A stretch of DNA of 64,000 bases from an uncultured Micavibrio sp. (GTDB taxonomy: Bacteria; Pseudomonadota; Alphaproteobacteria; Micavibrionales; UBA2020). The notes below the pieces were generated by a model, which did no database searches, was not told the origin of the DNA, and saw only the letters and a program-made list of their open reading frames with translations. A program made the translations under genes and the position numbers. This document shows, one piece after another, positions 19,909 to 30,003 of this stretch. The DNA lies in the NCBI GenBank assembly GCA_964551435.1, contig CAZKBS010000009.1:709-64708 (forward strand), read 5' to 3'. The number at the start of each line of letters is the position of its first letter. Within the stretch, counting starts at the first letter, position 1.

Positions 19909-21699
19909 ATGTCCTATCAGGCCCCCGTCAAGGAAATGCGTTTCGTGCTCGAACATATCGCCGGACTGGGCGAGATTTCGGCGCTGCCGGCCTATGCCCA
20001 CGCGACGCCCGATATGGTGGAGGCGATTTTGGAAGAAGCCGCCCGCGTCGCGCGCGATGTCTGGGCACCGACCAACAAAAACGGCGACCGCCAGACCGCG
20101 CGCCTTGACGGTGACAAGGTGAAAACGCCCGACGGGTTTAAAGACGCCTACAAGCAATTCGCCGACGGCGGCTGGAACGCTTTCGCCTGCCCGCCCGCGC
20201 ATGGCGGGCAGGGCCTGCCGTGGTCGCTGGGCATGGCGGTCAATGAAATGTGGCAATCGGCCAATCTGGCGCTCAGCCTGTGCCCGCTTTTGACGTCAGC
20301 GGCGATCGAGGCGATTGAAAAACATGGCACCCCCGCGCAAAAAGAAACCTATCTGCCCAAACTGATTTCCGGCGAATGGACAGGCACCATGAACCTGACC
20401 GAACCGCAGGCCGGCACCGACCTTGCCGCTATTCGCACCACGGCGAAAAAAGTCGGTGACCACTATGTGATGAAAGGGCAGAAAATCTACATCACCTTCG
20501 GCGAACATGATTTCACCGACAATATCATCCATCTGGTGCTGGCGCGTATCGACGGCCTGCCGGAGGGGAATGACGGTCTTGGTCTTTTCATCGTGCCGAA
20601 ATTCCTGCTCAATGCCGACGGCAGCATCGGCGCGCGTAACGATGTGAAGGCGGTATCGCTGGAACATAAGCTGGGCATTCACGGCTCCCCCACCTGCGTC
20701 ATGCAATATGGAGAGAAAGACGGCGCCATCGCCTATCTGGTCGGCGAAGAGGGCAAAGGTCTGCGCAACATGTTCACGATGATGAACAACGCCCGTATCT
20801 CCGTCGGCCTGCAAGGCGTCGCGCTGTCGGAGCGTGCGTATCAACATGCGCTGGCCTACGCCCGCGACCGCGTGCAATGCGCACGCATAGGCGATAAATC
20901 CGGTAAACGCGTGGCGATTATCGAACATGCCGACGTCCGCCGTATGCTGCTGACCATGAAGGCGAATACCGAAGCGTCGCGCGCCCTCGCCTATTACGCA
21001 GGCGGGCAGCTTGACCGCATGCGCCATGCAGAAACGCCAGAAGCAAGGGCGGCGGCGGAGCTGCGTGCCGACCTCATGACCCCCCTGGTCAAGGCGTGGT
21101 CCACCGACCTTGCGCTCGAAACCACATCGGCGGGGGTGCAGATCCATGGCGGCATGGGCTTCATCGAAGAAACCGGCGCCGCGCAATATTACCGCGATGC
21201 GCGCATCCTGCCGATTTACGAAGGCACCAACGGCATTCAGGCCAATGACCTTGTGTTCCGCAAACTGCTGCGCGATGGCGGGGCGGAGGCGAGAAAGTTC
21301 ATGGATGAAATCGCGGCTTTCCTGCCGGCACTGGCGGAAAAGCCCAGCGACGACCTCGATGCGCTGCGCGGGGGGCTTGGCCGTGCGCTCGAAGAACTGC
21401 GCAAAACCACCGACTGGATGCTTGCCAACGTGAAGGCGAATACCGAAGCCGTCGCGGCGGGCGCGGTCAGCTATCAGCGTCAATTCGCGCTGGTGGCGGG
21501 CGGGTATATGATGGCGCGTCTGGCGCTGGCGGCGCATAACGCGCTGTTCGAGGGGGGCGAGGATGCGCTGTTCCTGAACACGCGTCTGGTCACGGCACGG
21601 TTTTTTGCGGATGCACTGCTGCCGCAGGTTTATGGCCTCAGCGCGCCGGTCATGGGTGGCAATGCTGCGGCGTGTCAAATCGCCAACGACCAATTCTGA
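19909..21699 (+). CDS. Long-type acyl-CoA dehydrogenase
   Basis: 596 aa. ACAD middle and C-terminal domain signatures are present (GSPTCVMQYG, QIHGGMGFIEETG, YEGTNGIQ). Confidence 0.9.
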   Translation: MSYQAPVKEMRFVLEHIAGLGEISALPAYAHATPDMVEAILEEAARVARDVWAPTNKNGDRQTARLDGDKVKTPDGFKDAYKQFADGGWNAFACPPAHGGQGLPWSLGMAVNEMWQSANLALSLCPLLTSAAIEAIEKHGTPAQKETYLPKLISGEWTGTMNLTEPQAGTDLAAIRTTAKKVGDHYVMKGQKIYITFGEHDFTDNIIHLVLARIDGLPEGNDGLGLFIVPKFLLNADGSIGARNDVKAVSLEHKLGIHGSPTCVMQYGEKDGAIAYLVGEEGKGLRNMFTMMNNARISVGLQGVALSERAYQHALAYARDRVQCARIGDKSGKRVAIIEHADVRRMLLTMKANTEASRALAYYAGGQLDRMRHAETPEARAAAELRADLMTPLVKAWSTDLALETTSAGVQIHGGMGFIEETGAAQYYRDARILPIYEGTNGIQANDLVFRKLLRDGGAEARKFMDEIAAFLPALAEKPSDDLDALRGGLGRALEELRKTTDWMLANVKANTEAVAAGAVSYQRQFALVAGGYMMARLALAAHNALFEGGEDALFLNTRLVTARFFADALLPQVYGLSAPVMGGNAAACQIANDQF

Positions 21700-21816
21700 T
21701 GATTTTGCGCATCTGAACTGCTGTTCATTTTCACGGTTTACAAGGGACGGTGCCTCGCCTAGCATGTCTTATCCTTGGCGGGATAGGGGGCGCATATTCA
21801 CAAAAGCGGGCGCCCG

Positions 21817-22629
21817 ATGAAGCACGAAAACGGCTTTGATTTTGTCGAATACCCTTGCGCGTCGGGCAAGGCCGATGCCCTTGTGATTATTCTGCCCGGT
21901 CATGCCAATCATCCTGTGATGTTCGATAAACTCGCGAAGCAAATTCGCGATGAACGCCCCAATACAGATATTTTGATTGTGAAAGCGCCTGTGCCGATCG
22001 GTGCGACCAAAGAACATATCCGCAAAAACGGCGCGCGCGGCGCCGACGACCTTTATACATGGCACAAGATCAGCAAGAACGCGGGCGAGAATGCCAAGCT
22101 GGTGCTCAGCCATTTTTTCAACCGTGTGCCGGTGGTTGACCAGTTGAATGCCTTTGCCGATGCACAGTTGCAAAAACGCGGCCTCAACGATGACGGCCTT
22201 GCCCTGTTTGGTTTTTCCCTCGGCGGGGCGATTGCTGTGCAGATGGGCACGCGCCGCCCGGGTCAGGTAGCGGCGGTGATTAACCACTCCGGCCCCGTGT
22301 TTCCCATTATCAAGCCGAAATCGCGGCCCGAAACCCTGTTCGTGATGGGTGAAAAGGATGATTTTTTCTACGCGGGTAAAATGAACGTCGATCCCGCGCA
22401 GGCCAAGCCGCCCAAGGGCAAGCTCAAAAAAGCTTTTGATAACGCGGTCAATGATGCGGTATCGCAGGTCAGCCTGCATTTCGACGACAGCCTCAAACGT
22501 CTTAAAAGCGCCAAGTTGCCGGTCGAGGATAAAGTCGTCCCCGGTCTTGGCCATACCATTAATAAAAACTCTTTCACGCCGGCGATGGATTTTCTGCGGC
22601 GCAAACTGTGCAAGCCCAAGGGGCCGTAA
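21817..22629 (+). CDS. Alpha/beta hydrolase, phospholipase/carboxylesterase-like
   Basis: Nucleophile elbow GFSLGG and typical length. The exact family is not resolvable by eye. Confidence 0.68.
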   Translation: MKHENGFDFVEYPCASGKADALVIILPGHANHPVMFDKLAKQIRDERPNTDILIVKAPVPIGATKEHIRKNGARGADDLYTWHKISKNAGENAKLVLSHFFNRVPVVDQLNAFADAQLQKRGLNDDGLALFGFSLGGAIAVQMGTRRPGQVAAVINHSGPVFPIIKPKSRPETLFVMGEKDDFFYAGKMNVDPAQAKPPKGKLKKAFDNAVNDAVSQVSLHFDDSLKRLKSAKLPVEDKVVPGLGHTINKNSFTPAMDFLRRKLCKPKGP

Positions 22630-22647
22630 TTGCCCGCCAGCTTATAA

Positions 22648-22684
22648 AAGAAAAAGCCCCAGCGATAACCGGGGCTTTTTCTTT
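22648..22684. terminator. Bidirectional intrinsic terminator
   Basis: Stem AAGCCCC/GGGGCTT with an A-run before and a T-run after, between convergent genes. Confidence 0.75.
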
Positions 22685-22697
22685 GCCGAAGCAAAAA

Positions 22698-22862
22698 TTA
22701 TTTCTTCGGATGGCAGGAGCCGCCGCAGCATTTTTTCTTCGGTGCATCCGCGGGTTTCTGGTCGTTTGCGGGCGGGGCGGGCGGCGTTGCCGGCGGCGGG
22801 TTGTTGGCTTTGTCGAAAGCGTGGCAGCATTTGCCTTTGCCGCTGCATTTATCTTTGCACAT
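22698..22862 (-). CDS. 54-aa Cys/His-rich mini-protein (metallothionein-like?)
   Basis: AAGGAG RBS lies 6 nt before the ATG. It has 7 Cys and 2 His in two clusters (MCKDKCSGKGKCCH and CCGGSCH) separated by a Pro/Ala linker, and a terminator lies immediately downstream. Confidence 0.55.
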   Translation of the reverse strand: MCKDKCSGKGKCCHAFDKANNPPPATPPAPPANDQKPADAPKKKCCGGSCHPKK

Positions 22863-22954
22863 ATTCATCTCCTTGAACAAAAAAGGGTGACAGAGGGTAT
22901 AATCCCATCATACGCCCGCCGCAGGGGCATGGCCATAGACTGTTTCGGGTATTT

Positions 22955-23599
22955 TTATTGCTTTTCTGCGAGTTTTTGATGGGTACGGCGGTGTGCCTGC
23001 AGGTCGCCGAAGGTCTTAAGCACTGTCAGCATCGCCAGTGCCCAGACCGGCTGGCCCAGCGCCATCGCCACGCCGCCGCCCAGAAGAATCACAATGTGCA
23101 GCACAATAATGCGGCCATAGGGACCCATCAGCATCATGGCGGGATTGACCTTGTCGATTTCGCGCTTGCGGATGAAATTGTCAAAAAACGAAAATCCGTG
23201 GCTGACGACAAGCCCCGCCGCCGCCAGCAGGAAAAGCGGGTCTGCGGTGAGGTTGCTCAGCAGGGCGTCTACTTCCGACCACTGCGCCGTTTGCCCGGTT
23301 TTCAGCTGCAGGCCGAACAGCACGATCAGAAAAATGCCGTGGCCCATGCAAAACATGCCGTAGTGGAAAATGAAGAAAATGACTATGGGAAAACCGGCGT
23401 AGAGTTTCTTACGCGTCAGCAGCAGGGTCATTTTTGCGGCGTGGAAAAGGCCGATAATCACATTCTCCATCCAGTAGAGGAACATGATGTCGAAAACCTT
23501 CCAGTCCCAAAACAGGGCGCCCGTCAGCGGCAGCAGGTTGGCCGCAATCAAAAACGCCTCGGACGGGGTTTTGGGGGAGGGCGGGTTCATGTATAACAA
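22955..23599 (-). CDS. Multi-pass membrane protein, DUF6498-like
   Basis: Five to six hydrophobic helices. The N-terminal LPLTGALFWDWKVFDIMFLYWMENVIIGLF resembles DUF6498 (recalled from memory). Confidence 0.55.
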   Translation of the reverse strand: MLYMNPPSPKTPSEAFLIAANLLPLTGALFWDWKVFDIMFLYWMENVIIGLFHAAKMTLLLTRKKLYAGFPIVIFFIFHYGMFCMGHGIFLIVLFGLQLKTGQTAQWSEVDALLSNLTADPLFLLAAAGLVVSHGFSFFDNFIRKREIDKVNPAMMLMGPYGRIIVLHIVILLGGGVAMALGQPVWALAMLTVLKTFGDLQAHRRTHQKLAEKQ

Positions 23600-23664
23600 T
23601 CACAAAAGAAAAAGGGCGGGCGAAACACGTGCCTTACCGTCCATAATAATGTAAAAAGAACCCT

Positions 23665-24759
23665 ATGACGACTGTTTTAGAGGCATATGAACAAAAGCTT
23701 GCGGCGGGGGCGATCCGCCCCGATGCCGTGCAGGCGGCCGCCGTGGTGGCGCTCGACGATCTGGCGTGCGCGCTTGCGGGCTATCAGCCGGGGCACCGCG
23801 GCTTCTTCCGCAAGGTCATGCCCGCGCCGAAGGGATATTATTTCCACGGGGGTGTCGGGCGCGGCAAATCCATGGTCATGGATCTTTTTTTCGCCCATGC
23901 CCCTGTGCTCAAAAAACGCCGCGTGCATTTCCACGCCTTCATGCTTGAAGTGCATGATTTCTTGCACGCGCAGCGCACCGCGCGCCATAAAAACGCCAGC
24001 GCCCGCATCGATGGCGATCTGATAGCCTGCGCCGACGATATTGCGGCGCATGCGACGCTGCTGTGTTTTGACGAATTTCAGGTGCGTGATGTCGCCGATG
24101 CGATGATTTTGGGCAGGCTGTTTACGGCGCTGCTCGACCGCGGTGTTGTGGTTGTGGCGACATCGAATATTCCGCCTGATGACCTTTACAAAGACGGGTT
24201 GCAACGTGACCGCTTTTTGCCGTTTATCGCCCTTTTGAAAGAACGCCTGCGCGTCATCAGCTTTTCGGGGCTTACCGATTACCGTCTGGGCCGCATTGCG
24301 GGACAAAAGATTTATTTCTGGCCGCATGACGCCGACGCCCGCCAGTCGCTGGAAAATATTTTTATGGCCGTTGCCGACGGCGATGCGGGCGCGCCCGACG
24401 ATATCCACGTCAAGGGCCGCGTGATACATGTGCCGCGCGCCGCCAAGGAAATCGCCTATTTCACCTTTGCCGATTTGTGCGAAAAGCCCAAAAGCGCGCT
24501 GGATTTTCTGGAGCTGACCAAGCGATATCGCGTGATTGTCCTTGAAAACGTGCCGCAAATGGACGACACCCGCCGTGATGCGGCGCTGCGTTTTGTGACG
24601 CTTGTCGATGCGCTTTACGACCACCATATTGTATTGGCGCTGTCAGCCGCCGCGCCGCCGGAAAAGCTTTACCGTGGCACGGTTCATGCAGGGGTTTTTG
24701 ACCGCACCATCAGCCGTATCATGGAAATGCAATCGCGCACCTACAGGGAAGCTGCCTAG
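23665..24759 (+). CDS. zapE: AFG1-like ATPase / cell division protein ZapE
   Basis: Walker A GGVGRGKSMVMD and Walker B LLCFDEF; 364 aa. Confidence 0.87.
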   Translation: MTTVLEAYEQKLAAGAIRPDAVQAAAVVALDDLACALAGYQPGHRGFFRKVMPAPKGYYFHGGVGRGKSMVMDLFFAHAPVLKKRRVHFHAFMLEVHDFLHAQRTARHKNASARIDGDLIACADDIAAHATLLCFDEFQVRDVADAMILGRLFTALLDRGVVVVATSNIPPDDLYKDGLQRDRFLPFIALLKERLRVISFSGLTDYRLGRIAGQKIYFWPHDADARQSLENIFMAVADGDAGAPDDIHVKGRVIHVPRAAKEIAYFTFADLCEKPKSALDFLELTKRYRVIVLENVPQMDDTRRDAALRFVTLVDALYDHHIVLALSAAAPPEKLYRGTVHAGVFDRTISRIMEMQSRTYREAA

Positions 24760-24761
24760 AA

Positions 24762-26012
24762 ATGTTTTCTTTTTTCAAGAAGTTCAGTGAAAACCGCCGC
24801 CGTAAAATGTACGACGAGCAAAAGCGGCAGCTGGCAACGGGGGAGCCTAAAAACTGGCTGGTACTGGCGCAGAGCGAGGACACCAACCCGGAAATTTTGT
24901 ACTACCTCGCCGACAAGGGCGATGCCGATGTGCGCCGCGCCGTCGCCAATAACCGCGCGACACCGCTGCAGGCCTCCAGCCTGCTGGCACAGGACCGCGA
25001 TGGCGATGTGCGTCTCGTGCTGGCGGAGCGTCTGCTGAAACTGCTGCCCACGCTGACGCCGGAGCGTCATAGCCAGATATACGCCTTCACCGTGCAGGCG
25101 CTGGGTATGCTGGCGCAGGATGAAATGCTGCAAATCCGCCGCGCGCTTACGACCGCGCTCAGTGATTACGCCTATGCACCGCCGCAGCTGGCGGTGCGTC
25201 TTGCCAATGACCTCGCGCGCGAGGTGGCGGAGCCGATTTTGCGTTTTTGCGTCGCGCTGAAAGACGAGGATTTGCTGGATATTATTTCCGGATATTCCGC
25301 GCCGTGGGTTGTTGTGGCGGTGGCCAACCGCGAGAGCGTATCGCCGCGCGTCGCCGATGCCGTCGTGGGGACGGGCGAGGCGGAGGCCACGACCGCCCTG
25401 ATCAAAAACCCCGGTGCGCGCCTGTCGACGGAAGCGCTGCAGACCATCGTCGACCGCGCCAAAGACCACCCCGAATGGCATCAACCCGTCGCGATGCGCA
25501 AAGAGCTTTCGACCGAACTGGCGCGCCAGATGATCGGCTTCGTCGACAAGGCGGTGCTGGAGGTGCTTGAAAAACGCAGCGATTTCGACGCCGCCGCGCG
25601 CAAGCAGATATCCGATATGGTCGGCCGCCGTCTCAGCTATTTGCATGACATGCCGGAGGGGGAAACGCCCGAACAGCGCGCCATCCGCTATATCAAAACG
25701 GGTAAAATGACGCATGACGTGCTGGCCGATGCGCTGGCGTGGAACGAAAATGATTTTGTTATGTTCGGCCTTGCGCATTTTGCGAAGGTGCATCCGCAAA
25801 TCGTGAAGCGGATTGTCGAAACCGTCACGCCCAAGCCGCTGGTGGCGCTGTGCTGGCGCGCCAAGTTGCCGATGCGTTTTTGTATCGAACTGCAACAGCG
25901 CCTTGCCAAAATTCCGCTGAAGGACGTGATGTACGCCAAGGGCGGCACCGAATATCCGATGTCGGTGGATGAAATCAAATGGCAGATGGAATTTTTCGGC
26001 ATTACCGATTGA
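24762..26012 (+). CDS. DUF2336 domain protein
   Basis: Helical-repeat protein with segments resembling DUF2336 (DVRRAVANNRATP, RLANDLAREVAEPILR). It starts 2 nt after the zapE stop. Confidence 0.65.
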   Translation: MFSFFKKFSENRRRKMYDEQKRQLATGEPKNWLVLAQSEDTNPEILYYLADKGDADVRRAVANNRATPLQASSLLAQDRDGDVRLVLAERLLKLLPTLTPERHSQIYAFTVQALGMLAQDEMLQIRRALTTALSDYAYAPPQLAVRLANDLAREVAEPILRFCVALKDEDLLDIISGYSAPWVVVAVANRESVSPRVADAVVGTGEAEATTALIKNPGARLSTEALQTIVDRAKDHPEWHQPVAMRKELSTELARQMIGFVDKAVLEVLEKRSDFDAAARKQISDMVGRRLSYLHDMPEGETPEQRAIRYIKTGKMTHDVLADALAWNENDFVMFGLAHFAKVHPQIVKRIVETVTPKPLVALCWRAKLPMRFCIELQQRLAKIPLKDVMYAKGGTEYPMSVDEIKWQMEFFGITD

Positions 26013-26023
26013 AATAACGCCCC

Positions 26024-26569
26024 TCAGGGCTGCGGCGGCTTTTCGGGTCTGGGTTTGCCTGCGGCGGCGGTGGCGGGTGCGGCCGCCATGTCATACCATT
26101 TCTGCATCGTATTGTCCGCGACGGGCGCCAGATTGATGCACCATTTTTTCAAATGGCCGCTTTCCGATACCCATTCGATGGCGTCGATGTCGTTTTCGAC
26201 CAGTTCGTGATGATAGGGGTCGTAGTAGAGCACGCGCGCCCCTTCGCGGCGCAGGAACAGTACGTAGTGCCCTTCTTCCTGAATGATATTCGCAACCGCG
26301 ACGCCGCCGGTATAGCAATCCTCCCCCGCTGAAACGAAGGGCAGGTGTTCTGCCGCGACCCGCGCCATGTCGAAATTGTCGGAACCTGTGACGGGGTTTG
26401 GGGCGAGCAGGGTGCGTAGTTTTTCATAGTCCACACGCGCCGCGCCGTAGAGCGCCGCTGCGCTGGCAAGGCAGGCCGGGCCGCAGGAAAATTCATCTCG
26501 CTGGCGCAAAAACAGCGCGCCAAGCGCGGTGCCGTCAAGTGGGGTATGTTTAGCGGGGTCTGTGTTCAT
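26024..26569 (-). CDS. Standalone C39-like (papain-fold) cysteine peptidase domain protein
   Basis: FSCGPACLASAA (putative catalytic Cys), then GHYVLFL (His) and YYDPY (Asp). No signal peptide. Pro/Lys-rich C-terminal tail. Confidence 0.55.
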   Translation of the reverse strand: MNTDPAKHTPLDGTALGALFLRQRDEFSCGPACLASAAALYGAARVDYEKLRTLLAPNPVTGSDNFDMARVAAEHLPFVSAGEDCYTGGVAVANIIQEEGHYVLFLRREGARVLYYDPYHHELVENDIDAIEWVSESGHLKKWCINLAPVADNTMQKWYDMAAAPATAAAGKPRPEKPPQP

Positions 26570-26772
26570 GCCCCATCATACCAGCCGAGGCGGGGGAGAA
26601 AAGTATATAAAAATTAACATAAAAATGAACAAAAAGGTGATGTTCCGTACCTCTGTTTTGTGCAAAGCGGAAATCAGGCGGACATGTTGCGGAAAACCAT
26701 TGTTTTTTGAAGAAATATGACCTACCAACGCAGGGGATTTGTGCTAGTTTTTACACCGGTTCGAGTCCTTAA

Positions 26773-27822
<1,050 letters not shown>

Positions 27823-27856
27823 GTTTGACATTCCAACCATCAGAGGATAGCTACAG

Positions 27857-29029
27857 ATGAATATTCATGAGTATCAGGCCAAGCAGCTTTTGAAAGCGCG
27901 CGGCGTGCCCGTGCTGAACGGCGGCGTGGCCTATACGGTCGAAGAGGCCGTTGAAGTCGCCAAGACCCTTCCGGGCCCCGTCTACGTCGTCAAGGCGCAG
28001 ATCCATGCCGGCGGCCGCGGCAAAGGCGGCGGCGTCAAGGTCGTCAAATCGATTGACGAAGTGAAAGAGGCTTCTTCGAAAATCCTCGGCATGCAGCTGG
28101 TTACGCACCAGACGGGCCCGCAGGGTCAGGAAGTGCGCCGTCTTTACATCGAAGACGGCTGCGATATCGGCCGCGAGCTGTATCTCGGCATGCTGACCGA
28201 CCGCACGACGTCGGGCATCACCATTATGGCCTCGACCGAAGGCGGGATGGACATCGAGGAAGTTGCCGAAAAGCACCCCGAAAAAATCACCAAGGTACAT
28301 GTCGACCCCGCGACCGGCTTCCAGCCGTTCCATGGCCGTCAGATCGCCTTCAGCCTCGGCCTTGAAGGCAAACAGGTTGGCAAATGCGTCGACCTGCTGT
28401 CCAAACTCTACGACACCTTCGTCGAGCTGGATGCGTCCATCGTCGAAATCAACCCGCTGGTCGTCACCAAGGGCGGCGATATCCTGCCGCTCGATGCCAA
28501 AATGAACTTCGACGACAACGCGATGTTCCGCCAGAAAGAAGTCGAAGAGCTGCGCGATGTCACCGAAGAAGATCCTGCTGAAAAGCGCGCCAAAGACCAC
28601 GAACTGAACTACGTGAAGCTCGAAGGCAACATCGGCTGCATGGTCAACGGCGCAGGCCTTGCCATGGCGACCATGGACATCATCAAGCTCTATGGCGGCC
28701 AGCCCGCAAACTTCCTTGACGTGGGCGGCGGCGCAACCAAAGAGCGTGTGGCCGAAGCCTTCCGCATCATCCTGTCCGACCCGAACGTCGAGGGCATCCT
28801 CGTCAATATCTTCGGCGGCATCATGCGCTGCGACGTTATTGCCGAAGGTGTTATCACCGCCGCGCGCGAACTGGGGCTCACCATGCCTCTCGTCGTGCGT
28901 CTCGAAGGTACCAACGTCGACAAGGGCAAAAAGCTTCTGAAAGAATCTGGCCTTAACATCATCGCTGCCGACAATCTTGCCGATGCCGCGCAGAAAGTCG
29001 TCAACACTGTCAAAGCGGGGGCTGCATAA
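27857..29029 (+). CDS. sucC: Succinyl-CoA synthetase beta subunit
   Basis: [13 protein letters not shown]-terminus and ATP-grasp domain; 390 aa. Confidence 0.97.
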   Translation: MNIHEYQAKQLLKARGVPVLNGGVAYTVEEAVEVAKTLPGPVYVVKAQIHAGGRGKGGGVKVVKSIDEVKEASSKILGMQLVTHQTGPQGQEVRRLYIEDGCDIGRELYLGMLTDRTTSGITIMASTEGGMDIEEVAEKHPEKITKVHVDPATGFQPFHGRQIAFSLGLEGKQVGKCVDLLSKLYDTFVELDASIVEINPLVVTKGGDILPLDAKMNFDDNAMFRQKEVEELRDVTEEDPAEKRAKDHELNYVKLEGNIGCMVNGAGLAMATMDIIKLYGGQPANFLDVGGGATKERVAEAFRIILSDPNVEGILVNIFGGIMRCDVIAEGVITAARELGLTMPLVVRLEGTNVDKGKKLLKESGLNIIAADNLADAAQKVVNTVKAGAA

Positions 29030-29031
29030 TC

Positions 29032-29910
29032 ATGGCCGTACTTATCAACAAAGACACCAAAGTCATCTGTCAGGGTTTCACCGGCGCGCAGGGCACGTTC
29101 CACTCCGAACAGGCTATTGCCTACGGCACCAAGATGGTTGGCGGCGTGACGCCCGGCAAAGGCGGCACCAAGCATCTCGACCTGCCGGTATTCAACACGG
29201 TGAAAGACGCTGTGAACGATACGGGCGCGAATGCATCCGTGATTTACGTACCGCCGCCGTTCGCGGCCGATGCCATCCTCGAGGCGATTGACGCCGAGCT
29301 GGATCTGGTCATCTGCATCACCGAAGGCATTCCGGTTCTGGACATGGTGAAGGTGAAGCGCAAGCTGCAAGGCTCCAAAACCCGTCTTATCGGCCCCAAC
29401 TGCCCCGGCGTGATTACCCCGGGCGAGTGCAAAATCGGCATCATGCCCGGCCACATCCACAAGCGCGGTAAAGTGGGCATCGTTTCACGCTCCGGCACGC
29501 TGACCTACGAAGCGGTTGCGCAGACCACGGCCAACGGCCTGGGGCAGACCACCTGCATCGGTATCGGCGGCGACCCCGTGAACGGCACCAACTTCATTGA
29601 TGCGCTGCAGCTGTTCCTCGACGATGATGAAACCGAAGCCATCCTGATGATTGGCGAAATCGGTGGCAGCGGCGAAGAAGACGCAGCCGAGTTCATCAAA
29701 AACAGCAAAAAGAAAAAACCCATTGCCGGTTTCATCGCCGGTGTGACGGCCCCGCCGGGCCGCCGCATGGGCCATGCCGGCGCAATCATCGCCGGCGGCA
29801 AAGGCGCCGCGAAAGACAAAATCGCGGCCATGAAAGCGGCGGGCTTTGTCGTTTCCGACAGCCCCGCAGGCCTTGGCGACGCCGTGATGAAAGCCATCAA
29901 GGCGGCATAA
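29032..29910 (+). CDS. sucD: Succinyl-CoA synthetase alpha subunit
   Basis: [17 protein letters not shown] and phosphohistidine region MGHAGAI. Confidence 0.97.
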   Translation: MAVLINKDTKVICQGFTGAQGTFHSEQAIAYGTKMVGGVTPGKGGTKHLDLPVFNTVKDAVNDTGANASVIYVPPPFAADAILEAIDAELDLVICITEGIPVLDMVKVKRKLQGSKTRLIGPNCPGVITPGECKIGIMPGHIHKRGKVGIVSRSGTLTYEAVAQTTANGLGQTTCIGIGGDPVNGTNFIDALQLFLDDDETEAILMIGEIGGSGEEDAAEFIKNSKKKKPIAGFIAGVTAPPGRRMGHAGAIIAGGKGAAKDKIAAMKAAGFVVSDSPAGLGDAVMKAIKAA

Positions 29911-30003
29911 GATGTGGCGGGGCGGCGTGATGCCGCCCCGCGCTTCTCGCCTGTGACCGAAACCAATATTCAATACAAGACCGATACCCGAAAGACCGAC
30001 ATC

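Noticed and set aside
26758-26768. GGTTCGAGTCC, identical to a tRNA T-loop consensus, upstream of mdh (possible tRNA fragment or att remnant)
   Set aside because: The flanking bases cannot form a T-stem or acceptor stem, and no D or anticodon arms are visible upstream. Most likely a chance 11-mer. tRNAscan/ARAGORN would settle it.
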